A stretch of DNA of 64,000 bases from Octopus sinensis (lineage: Eukaryota). A program made the translations under genes and the position numbers. Shown piece by piece: positions 24,766 through 35,913 of this stretch (positions are counted from its first letter, which is position 1; the number at the start of each line of letters is the position of its first letter). The stretch covers positions 6,200,001-6,264,000 of the forward strand of contig NC_043023.1 of NCBI RefSeq assembly GCF_006345805.1, in the 5' to 3' direction. The notes beneath the pieces are model-generated. The model was given only the letters and a program-made list of their open reading frames with translations. It was not told the origin of the DNA and did not search any database.

Positions 24766-24850
24766 TGCATACATACACACACACATATATATATATATAT
24801 AGACACATGCATACATACACATATATATATATATAGACACATGCATACAT

Positions 24851-24889
<39 letters not shown>

Positions 24890-24940
24890 CATACATACAC
24901 ACACATATACAGACACACATACATACATACATACACATGT
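24500..24940. repeat. Compound (TA)n/(CA)n microsatellite
   Basis: Direct inspection. Confidence 0.95.
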
Positions 24941-25877
24941 AGTCTTTTTTAGATTCATACAGAAATTGCCAGCCAGCCACCTTGTCTATTTTACCGACCG
25001 GCACGGCATGGTCGGGCAGGATGGTTGCCTGAGTGAATTATTATTATCATCATCATAATTATTATGGTTTTCTTAACGTTTTAAGTCGACAAATTAAGAT
25101 AGAATAATAGATAATACCTGATGAGATTCGAGGTCGTAAGGGGCCCTCTTTGCGTATGATTTTAGTTATGTGCGGCCCCACAGATTGTGGTCTCGCAGCA
25201 AGTAAGCAAGCAAGCAACCTTCTAAGCCGTTTTATATAAAAAAAAAAGGAAGTGAAGGCCGACCTCAACTTTGATTGGAGGCCAATTAATTAATTAGCCT
25301 ATAATAATTAATTACTGTTAAGAGAAAAGGATTTAAATTTCCTTTCTTATTTTTTTTTTTTATAATACATATGAGGTTAGATTTTTTTTAATAAAGATTA
25401 TTATTATTATTATTACTGGAATTTTTTTTTTTCCTTATTGAAACCTGAACGTTTCGACGGTGAATCAAGTGTACATATGTCTATACGTGTACATAGTTGT
25501 GTGTATGTGTGTGTGTATATGCGAATGTATGTGTGTGAGTGCGTGTATGAGTACATATGTGTGTGAGGTGTGTGTATGAAAAAGAAGTAAGAAGATAAAG
25601 AAAGGAGCGAGAGAGAAAGAGAGTCTAACACAGAAACCCACATAGCTTCTAAGAACTGGCTGACCTCACACCACCGCTATTCCTGCATTCCAACCATGAC
25701 CAACTCGCCTTTATATATCAAGACTAGCGTTGTTCAAAGTATCCCTTCCTCTCGTCGCCCTTAACTGTGCCCACTCCGCCAGGCTCTTCACAGCCCTTTA
25801 TGCCTAGTCCTGCTTCATAGGAATGCAGCCCGTGAAAACTCCCTTTCCTACAGGTGGGGGTTTGTAACAGTTTAAAC

Positions 25878-26035
25878 CATGTATGGGCAACATTTTTGAT
25901 GAGGCGGGCCGCATGATACAAGGTTCGACATCTGGCGGGCCGCACTACCGAAAACAAAACAAAGAAACTCGAAATAATTTTTCGTTATTCGTGAATTTCC
26001 AGACTGTCCCGCGGGCTACATGTCGCCCAGGACTA
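25878..26035. mobile_element. hAT-type MITE (158 bp) with an 8-bp TSD
   Basis: gtttaaac at 25870-25877 and 26036-26043. Imperfect 14-bp TIRs catgtatgggcaac / gtcgcccaggacta. Subterminal gcgggccgca repeats are typical of hAT ends. Confidence 0.8.
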
Positions 26036-26259
26036 GTTTAAACGGAAAATTAACCCCACCCATCTCACCAGTTTCGGAAATCTGGGAGACCAAAGTTCTT
26101 GTATAAGGGAATCGTTGATAACTCACCGATTCCCTTCATGTAATTTCTAATAAATATACTTATTGTCCTGTCTGTACAGGACAATAGAAATTTAGTGGCA
26201 TGCTTATATAAGTACCCCCACCCTGCCGGCTTTGTCTCCTCATAACTTTTTAAAAAACT

Positions 26260-27222
26260 GATATTTTTTAAAGAAATTTTCCAGAAATGCGCTTCAGATA
26301 ATATAAGGGCAATCTTTCGTCTCTAGTAGACCTTTCCGTCGATTTCCGTAAAAAATTTTTTTTTTTACATATGGGCTTGCGGGAACTTTTGAAGTAATGA
26401 GAGCGAAAGAGACTAAGAGAAAGCGATTGTATGACGAGGGAAGTTCTTTTGAAGTTACCGTGCATGGCAAGCATTGATGTATATGTGTGTGTGTGTGTTT
26501 GATGGGGTTGTGTAAGTAAAGTGCTTCTGTTAGTGTCTGTGAAAGAAAGAGATAACTGAAATTTTTACTGTGTATGTGTATATGTATGTATATTACTTCA
26601 AAAGTTCCCGCAAGCCCATATGTAAAAAAAAAAAAAAATTTACGGAATCGACGGAAAGGTATACTAGAGACGAAAGATCGCCAATATAAGATTCTGATTA
26701 ATAATAATATAAGATTCCGTGGTTGGAGAGAAGAGTTTCGGAAAATTCACTCGGGGTCAGTTTTGTTTCCTCAAAACTTTCAGAAAAATGTGTATTTTTT
26801 TAATGGAATTTTCTACAAATACCTTTCAGGGTGTGTAGATTATGATTATATCAGAATTTGATACGAAAGACAAAAAATTAGTTGGCTCGTGCACATACAT
26901 AATGAAGCATCACAATTTTTTCTCGAAATTTCAAGTTTCATTTTGTAGGTATTATGTGATGTGTGTACGATCTAATGATTTTTTTTTTCATATAAAATTC
27001 CAATATAGTCGTGATCTACATACTCTGAAAGGTATTTGGAGAAATTTAATTTTAAAATACTCAATTTTCTGGAAGTTAGGAGGAAACAAAGCCGACACGT
27101 GTGAATTTTCGAAAACATCTCTCTGCATCCTCCAGAAAAAAAAAATTCGCTACAAACTGCAATATAAGAGGAATCTGCACCACCTGATGCATATTTATAG
27201 AAAACTTCATTAAAAAATATCC
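26260..27222. repeat. Compound inverted-repeat (foldback-like) element
   Basis: IR1 is 26308-26398 versus 26592-26682 (near-identical). IR2 is 26726-26868 versus 26986-27124 (more diverged). An outer imperfect IR spans about 26260-26297 versus 27185-27222. Confidence 0.8.
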
Positions 27223-27413
27223 ATTTATTAGATATCCAAGACAAAGGCGCAGGAGTGGCTGTGTGGTAAGTAGCTTGCATACCAAGCACATGGTTCCGGG
27301 TTCAGTCCCACTGTGTGGCACCTTGGGCAAGTGTCTTCTACTATAGCTTCGGGCCAGCCAAAGCCTTGTGAGTGGATTTGGTAGACAGAAACTGAAAGAA
27401 GCCCGTCGTATAT

Positions 27414-27483
<70 letters not shown>

Positions 27484-27954
27484 GTGCGTGTGTTTGTCCC
27501 TCCAACATCGCTTGACAACTGATGCTGGTGTGTTTATGTCCCCGTAACGTAGCGGTTTGGCAAAAGAGACAGATAGAATAAGTACTAGGCTTACAAAGAA
27601 TAAGTCCTGGAGTCGATTTGTTCAACTAAAGGCGGTGCTCCAGCATGGCCGCAGTCGAATAACTGAAACAAGTAAAAGAGTAAAAGAGAGTTATCTGGAA
27701 GTTAAAAGAGGTAGCCCATCATGTATGTATGTACATGTGTGTGAAGGCGTCTGGCTTAGTGGCTAGGCTTTTTAGCTCACGATAATAAGGTCGGGAGTTT
27801 GTTACTGGACAGCATGTAGTGTCCTTGAGCAAGACACTTTATTTCATGCTGCACCATTCCACTCAGCTGACAAAAATGAGTGGTACCTGGAATTCAAAGG
27901 GCCAGCCTTGTGCCATTCGGTGTCACACTGAATCTCCCTGAGAACTACATTTAA

Positions 27955-28174
27955 CCCTTTAGTGTTTAAACCAGCCATATCCAGCCAAAATATTCTACCT
28001 ATTTTATGTTCAAACTAGTCAGATATGGTCATTCATAGCTACCTCATTGTGTCATTTTAAAAATAAACAATCACATCATTGAAATCTCAAAGCCATCAAA
28101 TGATGCAAGATTAATTTTACATGTTGTGAATACATAAGCTATACATTTGACAGAATAATCTGAATGCTAAAGGG
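27955..28174. mobile_element. Second piggyBac-like MITE family, inserted in a SINE
   Basis: TTAA (27951-27954), ccctttagtgtt...aatgctaaaggg, TTAA (28175-28178). SINE sequence continues on both sides. Confidence 0.8.
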
Positions 28175-29269
28175 TTAAAGTTATGTGTATCTATAGACCG
28201 GCCAGCCACTTGCACTCTAAAATCGCAAGCTGACTGTTCTGTTGAACAAATCAACTGGAACATTCATCGAATTGATGGAGTGCCAGTAATATCATCCGCA
28301 TCATTTAACATCTGCTTCCATGCTGGCATAGACCAGACGGTTTGGCAGGAACTGGCCAGGCAAAAGACTGCACCAGACATCTGTGTTTGTTTTGGCAACA
28401 AACACTACGCAGAGTGAACGTAGTGCTTTTTCATGACACCTGTACAGGTGGGGGGTCAGTTTCGGTATGGTTTTTACAGCTGGATGCCCTTCAAAGTGCC
28501 AACCACTTTACAATGTGGACTGGATGCTTTTTACATGGCACCAGCACAAACGCGATCAGTTTTGGAAAGATTTTTACAGCTGAATGCCCTTCCAAGTGTT
28601 AACCACTTTACAGTGCGGACTGGGAGCTTTTTACGGGGCACCAGCACTAGCAGGGTCACCGAGTAACCTGCAAGACAAAAATCCTTTAAAAGGGAGAGGG
28701 CTATTGTAGGAGGTGATCTTGTTTCAGATGATGAAAGGTGACAGAGAAACAGAAGTCTTGCTCTAGAGGAGGTGCATCCTTTTGACATTATATATATACA
28801 CACACACATATATATAAATTTAAGTGTACGGTATATATACATATATATATGCTGTAACTGCGAAGACCCGACAAATAACATGAGTTCATGGCTGTTTCCT
28901 GCACCAGTTTCACATAGCAGCTCCGGCCCATCCAAAGTACCTTGGATTGCAGAACGACCTGCTGTGCTTACCTTGGATCGTAGGGTCACCTGCTGTGTTT
29001 GAGGAGACCTATTGAGTCAAATTCATCAACATCAAAATAAACAACAAATGGAAATTTTAGTTGTGTTACCTGTGCCGGTGGCATGTAAAAGGCACCCACT
29101 ATACTCACAGAGTGGTTGGCATTAGGAAGGGCTTTCCAGCTGTAGAAACACTGCCAGATCAGACTGGAGCGTGGTGCAGCCTCCTGGCTTCCCAGACCCC
29201 AGTCGAACTGTCCAACCCGTACTAGTATGGAAAACGGACATTACACAATGATGATGATTATATATATAA

Positions 29270-29500
29270 GGCGGCAAGCTGGCAGAAACGTTAGCACGCC
29301 GGGCGAAATGCGTAGCCGTATTTCGCCTGTCGTTACGTTCCGAGTTCAAATTCCGCCGAGGTCGACTTTGCCTTTCATCCTTTCGGGGTCGATAAATTAA
29401 GTACCAGTTACGCACTGGGGTCAATGTAATCGGCTTAATCCCTTTGTCTGTCTTTGTTTGTCTCCTCTATGTTTAGCCCCTTGTGGGCAATAAAGAAATA
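29270..29500 (+). mobile_element. SINE family B monomer (reference-like full copy)
   Basis: ggcggcaagctggcagaaacgttagcacgccgggcgaaatgc...gggcaataaagaaataa. Confidence 0.9.
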
Positions 29501-29607
29501 ATATATATAAGAAAATGGATGTAACAACAAGGGGAAACTCATCGTTTTCGCTGGTATGCCTTTAATTTAATTAGGTAACAAAGATGAAGGAAGCAATGGT
29601 GAAGGTA

Positions 29608-29658
29608 GCATTTACAATTATTTCGATTTACTGGTTTTAGTAAATCTCTTCAGAATGC
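29608..29658 (-). ncRNA. Minimal type-I hammerhead ribozyme, apparently intact
   Basis: The minus strand reads GCAUU-CUGAAGA-GAUUUACU-AAAACC-AGUAAAUC-GAAA-UAAUUG-UA^-AAUGC: canonical core, 5-bp stem I, perfect 8-bp stem II and a GUA cleavage triplet. Confidence 0.8.
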
Positions 29659-29747
29659 AAAAATTAGATTGATGCAGTGGATGGGATGCAAAAATATTTT
29701 CACATCCCAACCGATGTATCAATCTAGTTTTCGCATTCTGAAGAGAT

Positions 29748-31380
29748 AACAGAGGAATTCAAGACTGGATGCTCCTGGGAGCTCCTCTATGCTGACGACC
29801 TTGCTCTAATTGCTGAGTCACTATCAGAACTGAAGAAGTTTCAGGTGTGGAAGCAAGGATTAGAATCGAAGGGCCTTAGAGTCAACCTAGCTAAAACAAA
29901 AGTCCTAATAAGTAGGAAGGCAGGCAAACCACAAATCCCTTCAGGTAGATGGCCCTGCTCAATCTGTAGAAAAGGCATAGGTAGAAACTCCACAAGATGT
30001 ACCCAGTGTAAGCTATGGACATGTAAGAAGTGCAGTAATATCAAAGGAAGGCTAACTGGGAAGATAGCTTTTGTATGTGGCAGATGCTCGGGAGCTATAA
30101 ATAACACTGAAAACTCCCGCCACATTCCAGAGAGAAAAACTAGAAGTAGTTGATAGCTTCCGTTACCTAGGTGACCAAGTCAGTAGCGGGGGTGGGTGTG
30201 CTGAAAGTGTAACTGCTAGAGTAAGAATAGCCTGGGCAAAGTTCAGGGAGCTCTTACCTCTGCTAGGGACAAAAGGCCTCTCGCTCAGAGTAAAAGGTAG
30301 ACTGTATGACGCATGTGTACAAACAGCCATGCTACATGGCAGTGAAACATGGGCCATGACTGCTGAGGACATGCGTAAGCTGAGTAATGAAGCCAGTATG
30401 CTCCAATGGATGTGTAATGTCAGTGTACATACTCGACAGAGTGTAAGTACCTTGAGAGAAAAGTTGGACCTAAGAAGCATCAGTTGTGGTGTGCAAGAGA
30501 GATGTTTGCGCTGGTATGGTCATGTGGCAAGAATGGATGAAGATAGGCGTGTGAAAAAGTGCCAATCCCTAGCGGTTGAGGGAACCCGTGGAAGAGGTAG
30601 ACCCAGGAAAACCTGGAACGAGGTGGTGAAGCACGACCTTCGAACATTAGGCCTCACCGAGTCAATGACTAGTGACCGAGACCCTTGGAAATATGCTGTA
30701 CGTGAGAAGACCCGGCAGGACAAGTGAGTCCATCCCGTGTCCCTTGCCAGGGATGTAGCCAGCCCACTTATGCATGCCTTTCCTTCTTTGGACACGCGAA
30801 GACCTGTTGAGGCAAAGAAGTTGAAATTGAATTCAAAATCAGACCTCATCCGACGACTAGCACCCATGCCAACCTCCCTTCATTGGACACTAAACTCTGC
30901 TTGTGAAGACCTGTTGGGACAAGTGAAATCGAATTCGACTGGCACCCACCAGTTGCTAATGTCGCTGGACTAACTCCTGTGCAGGTGACAAGTAAAGAAA
31001 CACTTTTTCGACCCTGTGCTTGAGGAGACCTATTGAGTCAAGTACACGATCAAAAATCAATGGAAATTGTAGTTGTAATCCCTGTGCCGGTGGAACGTAA
31101 AAAGCACCATCTGAACGTGGCCGATGCCAGCGCCGCCTAGACTGGCTTCTGTGCCAGTGGCATGTAAAAAGCACCAATCCGATCGTGGCTGTTGCCAGCC
31201 TCGCCTGGCACCTAAAAAACACCCACTACACTCACGGAGGGGTTGGCGTTAGGAAGGGCATCCAGCTGTAGAAACACTGCCAGATCAGACTGGAGCCTGT
31301 TGCAGCCTCCTGGCTTCCCAGATCGAACCGTCCAAACCATGCTAGCATGGAAAGTGGACGTTAAATGATGATGATGATGA
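29748..31380 (+). mobile_element. 5'-truncated RTE LINE (RT C-half with PHD-like finger, 3' UTR and (TGA)n tail)
   Basis: Reads TEEFKTGCSWELLYADDLALIAES...KTKVLI...CSICRKG...CTQCKLWTCKKC...CGRC...EVVDSFRYLGDQ...MLHGSETWAM...RWYGHVARM...GRGRPRKTW, with frameshifts. It ends gatgatgatga. Confidence 0.9.
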
Positions 31381-32034
31381 GTAAATTGAAACGATCGTAA
31401 ATGCTACCTTCTTGTTATTTAATTAAATTGAAGGCATACCAGCGAAAACGACAAGTTTCTCCTTGTTATTTACATCCATTCTCTTCTATATAACTTAAAC
31501 TACAGTTTACCAACCGAACCACCTGCTACCATACAACCTTACAAAAGACTGTACCTAGCCAGGTAATAACCAAGAGTAACTTCGGATTTAATTATCCCTT
31601 AGAGGTATTAAACTCCTCTAACTGATGCCTACACAATATATATATATAAATCAAAGTGTACATTAATGTAATCCTACATACAATATGTCTGGAATAAAAG
31701 ACAAAATGGTCACAGCAGGAACATCTTTGATTGCACTTACGGGATCAGGACCTGCTTGGGGCTAAAGAAGAATTATAGTCACATTTAATAATCATTATAT
31801 TAAGGCAGTATCTTGGCAGAATCAGTGGCATTTTATACATGGTTACGTCCTGAGTTCAAATTCCATCAAGGTTGACTTAACCTTCCATGCTTTCAGCACT
31901 GGTAAAATAAGTACCATTTGAAAACTGGGATCAATGTAATCAACTTAACTACTTCCCCAAAACTGCTGGCCTTGTGCCGAAATTTAAAGTAAATATTAAC
32001 TACTAGGTTATATATTTAATTAGGTAGTGTGTAG

Positions 32035-32370
32035 CTTCAGGGAGTGACAACCCTGCCTGACACGAGTCCCGGGCTCAGCTGGCTCCGGCTGACAGTACCC
32101 GATATGGGCCCCTATCCAGGGTTACAGAAAGAAGACAACCTTCAAAGAAATCCGGAGTGGAGCCCCATAGGCAACTTAGTGTTCGACTCGACACTCTTCC
32201 GGCAGCTCCTGCAACCAAGTTGGTGTCAAACATAATGCTCTGGACTCCTTTGGACTACGTAAGTAAAGTTGAGAGAGGAATCCTGACGATTGGGCTACCC
32301 AGGATTTTCTCACATCTGGCCCAGGCCTGCGCAAGACTAGAGAGGAAACTGGAGAGGGCATGAAATGTAA
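32035..32370 (+). mobile_element. Possible RTE 5' leader fragment
   Basis: GC-rich gggagtgacaaccctg...cggagtggagcccc...cagctcctgcaacc resembles RTE 5' UTRs as I recall them. There is no protein support. Confidence 0.4.
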
Positions 32371-32463
32371 AAACCAGACTGGATTAGTTTATGTGCAACT
32401 CTATTGTCTCCCGAGACAAAAGGATACCAATAACAATATAATAATGTAGTCCTAGATACACTA

Positions 32464-32864
32464 GAAGAGAATTAATGACCAGAAGAGAATTAATGCATTC
32501 GAGCTTTGGTGTTGGAGAAGACTTTTACGGATTCCATGGACAGCGAGGCTCACCAATGGAGAAGTTCTTAAGCAGATCAGGCCGAAAATGTCGCTAGAAG
32601 CTAGGACCACCAAGCATAGATTGGCATATTTCGGTCATATTATGCAGAGAAAATCCCTGGAGAAGGACATCATGCCTGGAATGGTCAGTGGCAAGAGAGG
32701 AAGAGGCCGACCAAGAACCCGATGGCTTGACACCATCAGGAGTGATACCGGAATAGACATAGCCAATCTGAAAGAAGCAGCCCAGGATAGAACTGACTGG
32801 AGGACACTGATCCAACGAGTGACCGAGAGTCGACTTCGACTGAGCGGATAGATAGATAGATGAA
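32464..32864 (+). mobile_element. BovB-like RTE 3' fragment with an intact frame, (GATA)n tail and 11-bp TSD
   Basis: Open frame 32477-32851 reads DQKRINAFELWCWRRLLRIPWTAR...RLAYFGHIMQRKSLEKDIM.G...GKRGRGRPRTRWLD...DRTDWR...SRLRLSG*. The TSD tagatacacta lies at 32453-32463 and 32865-32875. Confidence 0.9.
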
Positions 32865-33257
32865 TAGATACACTATGTCTGTAATAAAAGATGGGAGATC
32901 ACTGCTGTAACATCTTTGAGCTGAGGTCTGCTGGATCAGAACTGATCTGGGGGTTAACCAACTATACACACAACTACTGTACCATTTAATAATGCAGTCC
33001 TAGATACATTATGCCTCAATAAGAGATGGGATGGTCCCACTGGAACATCACTGGTCATAGTTCAGCTGGGTGAAGACTGACCTCAAGTTGTACAACAACA
33101 ACAGCATTTATAGCCACTGATACTAACTACTATACTATACATTAGATAGTGTAGTCCTAGACACAACGTGTCTGAATAAAAGACAGGATGGTCACAGCTG
33201 GAACATCTTTGATCAGGTCTGCTGGATCAGGACTGGCCTGGTGTTAAACAACAGTCA

Positions 33258-33650
33258 CTGGCAGAATCGTTAGCACGCCGGGTGAAATGCTTAGCAGTAC
33301 TTCATCTGCCATTACGTTCTGAGTTCAAATTCTGCCAAGGTCAACTTAGCCTTTCATCCTTTCAGGGTCAATTAAATAAGTAACAGTTACGCACTGGGGT
33401 CGATATAATCGACTTAATCCATTTGTCTGTCCTTGTTTGTCCTCTCTGTGTTTAGCCCCTTGTGGGTAGTAAAGAAATAGGTATTTTGTCTGCCGCTACG
33501 TTCTGAGTTCAAATTCCGCTGAGGTTGACCTTGCCTTCCATCTTTTCGGGGTCCATCAAATAAGTACCAGTTATGCACTGGAGTCAATATAATCGCTTTA
33601 GTCCCTTTGTCTGTCCCCTCTATGTTTAGCCCCTTGTGGGCAATAAAGAA
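33258..33650 (+). mobile_element. SINE family B dimer
   Basis: Junction gaaataggtattttgtctgcc at about 33477. Confidence 0.85.
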
Positions 33651-34459
33651 TTAAATACTAATTACTATACTAAACATTAAATAATGTAGTCCTAGATACA
33701 CAATGTTTGAATAAAAGATGGAATGGTCACAGCTGGAGCATCTTTGATCATAGGTCTGCTGGATCAAGACTGACCCTGAGCTAAACAGTTGCAACTATAA
33801 CCACCAAAGATAATTTAGTAAACTGTACATTTGATAATGTAGTCCTAGATACACTAGGTTTAAATACAAGAGGCAATGATCACAGCTGAAAGATCTTTGA
33901 ACACGGGTCTATGGGGATCATGAATAACCTGGGGTTAAACAACAATAATGTCAAACTTACCCAATTTGTTGTTACCGTAACAACAGGGTCACCACCTATT
34001 CTTTTCTAAATGTCAAACTTCTTCAAAACTTTTCTCTGGGTTCAACACTCGGAACTCCCTGAAGAGAGACGAAAAAGACAAAGTGAGAAAATGAAGAGAA
34101 AGTTTGTGGTAATGGTAGGGATGGAGATGGTGGTGGTGGTGGTGGTGATGGTGAAGGTGATGGTAGTAGAGGTGGTGTTGGTGGTGATGTTAGTAACGAA
34201 AATGATGGTAGTAATGTTATTAGATCGAAATATGTATGGGTTAAGCATATGAAAGAGAGCAACAGTGTGTGTCTGTGTGTGTGTGTGTTTTACATAAATG
34301 CACACACAAGTTTGCTTCCCAACCACATGGGTCTAGGTTCAGTCCCACTGCGTGGCACCTTGGGCAAGTGTCTTCTATAGCTTCGGCCTTGTATGTGAAT
34401 TTGGTAGACAGAAACTGAAAGAAGCCCAATGTGTGTGTTTATATATATATATGTGTGTA

Positions 34460-34491
<32 letters not shown>

Positions 34492-34539
34492 TGTGTGTGT
34501 ATGTATGTATGTGTGTGTATATATATATATTGATAGAAA

Positions 34540-34720
34540 TGGTAAGACAACAAAAGAATGAAGGAGACCTCGATATTATGTAAATAGAGGAATTTATCTG
34601 TAAATGTAATATGTGGCAATCATTCGGTAGCCACGATAAAACTCCGAGTTTCGGATGTCAGGGCAGAAACCCACGCCGCCATCTCTTCAGTTATTCCGTC
34701 AACGAAAAAATGCTATGAAA
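34540..34720 (-). mobile_element. Penelope-like terminal repeat containing a hammerhead motif (34635-34694)
   Basis: The minus strand reads AUAA-CUGAAGA-GAUG(gcggcguggguuucugcccuga)CAUCC-GAAA-CUCGGA-GUU^-UUAU, followed by the same tail as 15976-16085. Confidence 0.7.
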
Positions 34721-34962
34721 ATGACCGATAAACAAAGGGAAATTACTGTGATTGACCGTTATTAAGCCAAAAGAGCTATTTGAATGACTGGTAAAGTAAG
34801 GGGAGGGATTAAAGGTTAGGGAGTAAAAACGTTCATAGTAATCACATAAGTGCGCATGTCCATACATACACATGTGCACCTGCACATCCACGTACATGCA
34901 CCTATGAGTATATACTCATCCACCCTCACTTGAACCACATGCATCCTCACCCACATGTTCAC

Positions 34963-35006
<44 letters not shown>

Positions 35007-35613
35007 TGGACTCTTCCAGCAATTTTGACATATGAGGATCCGACAACCTACAGTCATGATGCTTATGTCGAATGTGACTGTGTGTGTATTGGTGTGTTTA
35101 TATTCCCATAACTTAGCGGTTCAGCAAAAATGGTCAATAGAATGATTACTGGGCTTAAGGAAAAATGTACTACTGCTGTTAATTCATTAAAATTCTTCAA
35201 GGTGATGCCCCAGCATGGCCACAGTCGAATGCCAGAAACAAATAAAAGTGAAATAAAAAGATGACTATCATTTTAATGAAGCTGTAAAAACTTCCGAAAC
35301 TATAACTCAAGAGTTTCGGGTAACCATTCAGCAAACGGTTGTGAGTATTCCTGGTGCCACGTAGAAGGCACCTATGCCAGTACAGTATAAAAGCACCCAG
35401 TACACTCTGTGAAGTGGTTGGCATTAGGAAGGGCAACCCACCATAAAAGCCATGTCAGAACAGAGAGCCTGAACAGCCCTTCAGCTGGTCAGCTCCTGTT
35501 AAACCGTCCAACACATGCCAACATGGAAAATGGGTATTAAATGATGATGATCTATGTATATGTGTGTGTGTGTGTGTGTGTAGTAATATTTATATGCCAA
35601 CAGAATGTGGCAC

Positions 35614-35657
<44 letters not shown>

Positions 35658-35913
35658 CAAGCTGGCAGAAACGTTAGCACGCTGGGCAAAATGCGTAGCT
35701 GTATTTTGTCTGCCGCTACATTCTGAGTTCAAATTCTGCAGAGGTCAACTTTGCCTTTCATCCTTCTGGGGTCTATAAAATAAGTACCAGTTATGCACTG
35801 GGATCGATGTAATTGACTTAATCTCTTTGTCTGTCCTTGTTTGTCCCCTCCATGTTTAGCCCCTTGTGGGCAATAAAAAAAATAAGAATGTGGCAGTCCT
35901 ATATAGGACGATG

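Larger units (their letters stand above)
29503..31497. mobile_element. Inverted-repeat Penelope-like remnant carrying two mirror hammerheads, interrupted by an RTE
   Basis: 29511-29690 is the reverse complement of 29697-29747 plus 31381-31490 (for example ttttcgctggtatgcc / ggcataccagcgaaaa). The symmetry centre is near 29693. Confidence 0.75.
32440..33960 (+). repeat. Degenerate 135-160-bp tandem repeat (family D)
   Basis: taatgtagtcctagatacac...ggtcacagctggaacatctttgatcataggtctgctggatcag at about 32443, 32990, 33147, 33682 and 33834. Related units occur at 2690-2990 (reverse), 31670-31790 and 40575-40790. Confidence 0.75.

Noticed and set aside
25113-25160. CTGATGAG hammerhead-like start
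   Set aside because: It is followed by GTAA instead of GAAA, and there is no adjacent stem I pairing.
25445-25475. gaaacgtt motif on the minus strand resembling a hammerhead 3' half
   Set aside because: The CUGANGA half is absent.
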